A stretch of 63,508 bases of DNA, filler included, from Licmophora abbreviata (taxonomy: Eukaryota), in assembly GCA_900291995.1 (NCBI GenBank). It is 8 parts of 8 records of this genome, joined end to end, with 100 filler letters (N's around TTAATTAATTAA, not from the genome) between each part and the next. Parts side by side here need not be neighbours in the genome. Positions count along the whole stretch, not along the records: positions 49,901 to 60,894 come from OLMU01003950.1; positions 60,995 to 63,508 come from OLMU01003951.1; 6 more parts are not named here. One strand, written 5' to 3'. Shown in pieces: positions 59,788 to 63,508 of this stretch. The position numbers and the translations under genes were made by a program. The notes under the pieces were generated by a model. It saw only the letters and a program-made list of their open reading frames with translations. It was not told where the DNA came from and did no database searches. Positions within the stretch are counted from its first letter, which is position 1, and the number at the start of each line of letters is the position of its first letter.

Positions 59788-60894
59788 CTAACTAGCATTA
59801 CTACTAGTAGCAGTGCTCTTATCAAGAACAGAAGCATAGTCTTTTCGGACCACGCTACCGTACATTGTCGTAACGTAATAAGTATACCGCGACGCGCCTC
59901 GTCGAACACAAATGATGACATGCGCAATCAACAGAATTGCGTGACTCGTTTGGCTCCGATAGCATGGATACGCCAGTACATAGACTGCAATGTACGCCAA
60001 GAGCGCATGAAGAGTCATATACAAAGCGAAATCACGGAGTTCGTAGTGGTCGCTTTCCATTTGCTGCTTGCTGGTGCCTATAGGGCGACCCCAAACTATG
60101 TTGCCGACAGACGCAACCAATCCACCCCGCACAGTACTGTGGAATACTGTATCAAATTTGGCAACTATACGTGACCCGCCCTTCGAGACTCGGTCCTTTC
60201 TAGGAAGATCTAGACCAACCAGAAGCATCCAGCTGACATATGGTATCCACCACATCACGTAGAGCGCAACCGCATTTCCGGCAATGGTTCCGAGATCTCT
60301 GCCAGGCAAAACAAGAAAGTGCCCTTCTGGGGCAAACGGGACATTTTCCAAGTAGTCTAGTTTGAAGACAGATGGCCACGCGGTAGCAACTTCGTTGGCA
60401 TGCCACCGTAACGTATACATGCCGATCGGAGGCAAAATGTGAATAAAGAGCCCGGTCATGATGACAACGTCATGAAAGACGACAGAAACGAAGGGGAGCA
60501 GTGTCGCAGATCCCATCAGAGGGCCACACGAGACCCCGAAGAATGTCGCATACACATGGAAGCGAAAGTCGTCCGTAATGTCCCACCCGATGAGCTGATG
60601 ACACGCCAAGGCGACTAAAACTGCAACCCCAGCGTAGTTCATGATCCAGCAGTAGTCTAGAAAGTACAGCACTTGGTTGAGTGGTTCTGCATACCAGCTA
60701 CTATAGACGCGATGGGGCAGAAGCAGGACGAGCTCAACCAAGAATAGGAGCCAGAAATGCTCCGGATAGCGCCCGAAAACGAATGTCAACAAGAGACAGT
60801 TTAGAACGCCGAGCGAAAAGTTCCTTCTGTTGAAACCTTCGCTGGCGCGCTTGGCCGAAACCTCGTCGATGCTATCGAGAATCTTCTGGATGGT
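59788..60894 (-). CDS. Glycerophosphocholine acyltransferase GPC1/GPCAT-like protein, 5'-truncated by the gap
   Basis: LYFLDYCW, VVFHD...TGLFIHILP and RGASRY match the GPC1 (DUF2838) pattern. Multi-TM. Confidence 0.75.
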   Translation of the reverse strand, partial: TIQKILDSIDEVSAKRASEGFNRRNFSLGVLNCLLLTFVFGRYPEHFWLLFLVELVLLLPHRVYSSWYAEPLNQVLYFLDYCWIMNYAGVAVLVALACHQLIGWDITDDFRFHVYATFFGVSCGPLMGSATLLPFVSVVFHDVVIMTGLFIHILPPIGMYTLRWHANEVATAWPSVFKLDYLENVPFAPEGHFLVLPGRDLGTIAGNAVALYVMWWIPYVSWMLLVGLDLPRKDRVSKGGSRIVAKFDTVFHSTVRGGLVASVGNIVWGRPIGTSKQQMESDHYELRDFALYMTLHALLAYIAVYVLAYPCYRSQTSHAILLIAHVIICVRRGASRYTYYVTTMYGSVVRKDYASVLDKSTATSSNAS

Positions 60895-60994
60895 NNNNNN
60901 NNNNNNNNNNNNNNNNNNNNNNNNNNNNNNNNNNNNNNTTAATTAATTAANNNNNNNNNNNNNNNNNNNNNNNNNNNNNNNNNNNNNNNNNNNN
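60895..60994. other. Artificial scaffold spacer
   Basis: 44 N + TTAATTAATTAA + 44 N. Confidence 0.98.
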
Positions 60995-61140
60995 CATATC
61001 TGAGGTATTTGTGCATGCTCCGCGCGTTCGGCGATAGACTGCAAACAACACAAAGTTGACACCGGGAAAGATTGAGCGAAAATCAATGGACAAGCGATCT
61101 GACGACAAGATAGATATCGACGAAACGAACGAGCTGATCC

Positions 61141-62390
61141 ATGTCTATCTTCGATAGCTGCGACGAGTCCTGTGGCTGGATTGCAGCTGTAGTCGGGGCG
61201 ATCACATATGGCTCATTCGGCGTCCCTGTGCGAGCGACAGCGCACATTCAAGTGCACCCGCTCGTGATGCAATCCTACAAGACGACAGTGGTGTTTCTGT
61301 CGTCCTGGCTGGTTATTCTAATGGGAGAACAAGTCCGCTGGACACCATGGGGTCTCTTGTCGGGCTTGCTTTGGGTATCGGGAGGCACCTGTGGTATATA
61401 CGGGATTCGATCAGCCGGTCTTTCTGTCGCTGTCGGAGTCTGGGCGAGTGTTATGGTCCTGGGAAACTTCTTTTGGGGAGTCCTGATCTTCTCCGAACCT
61501 ATCCATGACCTCGTGGGAACCACCTTGGCATTCGCACTGCTGGGGATTGGTCTCGTGGGCATGAGTCGTTACTCGGCACCAACCCATAGTGGTGAAAATG
61601 ATAGTGATCCTGACGAGGAAGTCGCCCACAATGCATATGAGCCTACCACCGGGGACGACCAGCAGCATGGCAAAGGACGACCTTCGTCGGCGTTTCAGAT
61701 TCTTTCCGATAACGACACCGCTGAACTCACTGGATCGGCCAACGCGACGGTCGTCGTGATAGGTGGCCGCCGTTTCGCATTCACGCAGAGACAGCTCGGA
61801 ATCTTTGGAGCAGTGTGCAACGGAGTGCTCACAGGAAGTTCTCTCGTTCCGGTTCACTACGCCAAGCAACAAGGATTGGGCGGAGCCACGTACATGATTT
61901 CCTTTGCGACTGGCTCTCTTCTTGCCAATGCTCTTCTTTGGAGTCTGTTCTTCTTCTACGAACTGTATCGTGTGGGGGGACTGTCGTCGGCTTACCAGGC
62001 CATGCCCATGTGGCACGTAAAGACGCTCTTGCTGCCAGGATCTATCGCTGGAATGTTGTTGGCCATTGCCATGTTCTGCAGCATCCTCGCAGTAACTTAC
62101 TTGGGACAAGGGGTACGTGTGACCAACAGAGCTGCAATCGTTCCTGACGTGCACGTGCTCGGTGCTTACAGCTCACTCCTATTCCGGTTCTTCGAATCTT
62201 ATTGCAGGTCGGAAACTCGGTGGTCCAGTCCAAGATTCTCATTAGTGGACTTTGGGGAATCTTCGTGTTTCAAGAGATCCGAGCCCGCCATGCGATCTTT
62301 ATGTGGTTCATGTCGGCTCTCGTCGCCATTAGCGGTATCTTGTGGATGAGCTACGAGCGCGAGAGGGCAGTGTCCGATAGCGAGCGCTGA
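61141..62390 (+). CDS. TMEM144-like DMT transporter, 2 exons
   Basis: Exons 61141-62112 and 62208-62390. Motifs YGSFGVPV, PWGLLSGLLW, GLSVAVGVW, LGQG|VGNS and ISGLWGIFVFQEI. Confidence 0.8.
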
Positions 62391-62881
62391 TGGTTGTGGC
62401 TGTGTTGAGTGCATGCACAGCGTCACCTATTTTATTCATAGATGCGATGCGCGAGTGTGGAGCTAGCAAAGGCCACGGTATGTAGACGACTACTAACTTG
62501 GCAAGACAAATAAGACTGACTTTGTCCCATCGTAGCAGACTAGCTCTAGTAGAGTATAACTCAACCTGATGTTTGTGGTGCTACGTATTCGTCTATGGTC
62601 TGCACTCATCTCGTTCACCTACAGTTGGCAAACAAAACAAGGATAGCCACCCCCTCTTTAATGGCATCAGAGCTTGGTAACCCAATCGTACCTGCACATG
62701 CCTGGTACGGTTACGCTCGATTGCTCTCGCCTTGCTCACTTTGTCCTGAGCCGCTTCGGAGATTTATCAATCCATTGTGACCCGTTCGACGTCACATTGC
62801 TTATGGCCCTGTTGAGTGAGTCATGATTTCGACCGAGATTTATGCCGCGTCCAGAGTTTATTTTCATAGACAGCCGAGACC

Positions 62882-63508
62882 ATGGTGATGCTTTCCTACC
62901 GTTTGCTCGCCTTGAGCTCCTTTCTCATGATCGCACGCGCACAGGATCCCTTATTAGAAAGGATGGATGCGGAGGAGTGTACGTTACAATGCAGAAACGA
63001 TGGCGTTTGCACGCTTGGAGAAGCGAACTTTGGGTTCGCCAGCCAGCTAGAAGACGAGGACCCCATTCCTTTTGCGGAGCAGGAACACACTCAATTCTGC
63101 GCTTGTCCAGAGGGGTACACTGGTCTGCAATGCGAAATTAAATTCGTGACCTGTGCAGGTCGATCGCATACCTGTTTTAACGGAGGAGAGTGCGCGATGG
63201 ATGAAACTGATCAAGGCGAGAACTTTTTTCATTGCGAGTGTGATGCAGCTCACTCGGATCTGTCGCGAGCGTACGCGGGACACTTTTGTCAGCATGTCGC
63301 AACGACTATGTGTGCGAGTGACACGTCGACAAACCATTCCTTTTGTACGAATGGAGGCAGGTGTCGGGAGATGATCAGTACCGACAACGACGAGTAAGTT
63401 TGGAAGTGCGGAAGTCGCGTCTCTGTCGAGAACGAAGAGTCGTTCTCTTTTTCTTACCCCGGACGTGCCCTCGTTCCTATCTCCATACTAGACACAAAGG
63501 ATGCGACT
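62882..63508 (+). CDS. Secreted or surface EGF-like repeat protein, 3'-truncated by the window edge
   Basis: Signal peptide, then CRNDGVC..CACPEGYTGLQCE, CFNGGEC..CEC..YAGHFCQ and CTNGGRC. Intron 63394-63491 continues into EHKGCD. Confidence 0.88.

Noticed and set aside
19035..60994. Palindromic TTAATTAATTAA repeated seven times
   Set aside because: It is always centred in exactly 44+44 Ns, so it is an artificial six-frame-stop contig linker and not biological.

Overview
Gene-dense eukaryotic nuclear DNA, most likely from a diatom. Evidence: short GT-AG introns of about 75-135 nt, bipartite signal peptide plus (A)F plastid-targeting presequences, and a DUF6824-type 'DVLCGRGG' protein. It is not prokaryotic, and I found no rRNA, tRNA, CRISPR array or recognisable transposon. 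The window consists of 8 contigs joined by seven artificial 100-nt spacers (44 N + TTAATTAATTAA + 44 N), so adjacency across spacers is unproven. About 30 protein-coding genes are present: VPS50, V-ATPase subunits H and A, a Deg protease, an EamA transporter, a GT11-like glycosyltransferase, a CRAL-TRIO protein, a membrane pyrophosphatase, an HMG-box protein, TRAPPC8, FPPS, PGM3, a bestrophin, a formate/nitrite channel, a choline/ethanolamine kinase, a NUMOD3 protein, GPC1, TMEM144, an EGF-repeat protein and several hypotheticals. The most notable observations are: (1) a Crinkler-like gene encoding a charged 15-aa repeat, a PD-(D/E)xK nuclease-like domain and a degenerate kinase; (2) a Cu/Zn-SOD fold that has lost nearly all metal ligands, head-to-head with that gene; (3) a membrane PPase with the residue signature of Na+-pumping rather than plant H+-pumping enzymes; (4) an IQ-motif protein with only the S1-S3 part of a CNG/EAG-type channel; (5) a catalytically degenerate KCR-like SDR; (6) a GAAATCT tandem recurring in three divergent promoters. 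Three conserved genes carry frameshifts that are probably consensus errors. All family calls come from motif recognition by eye; no database search was run.
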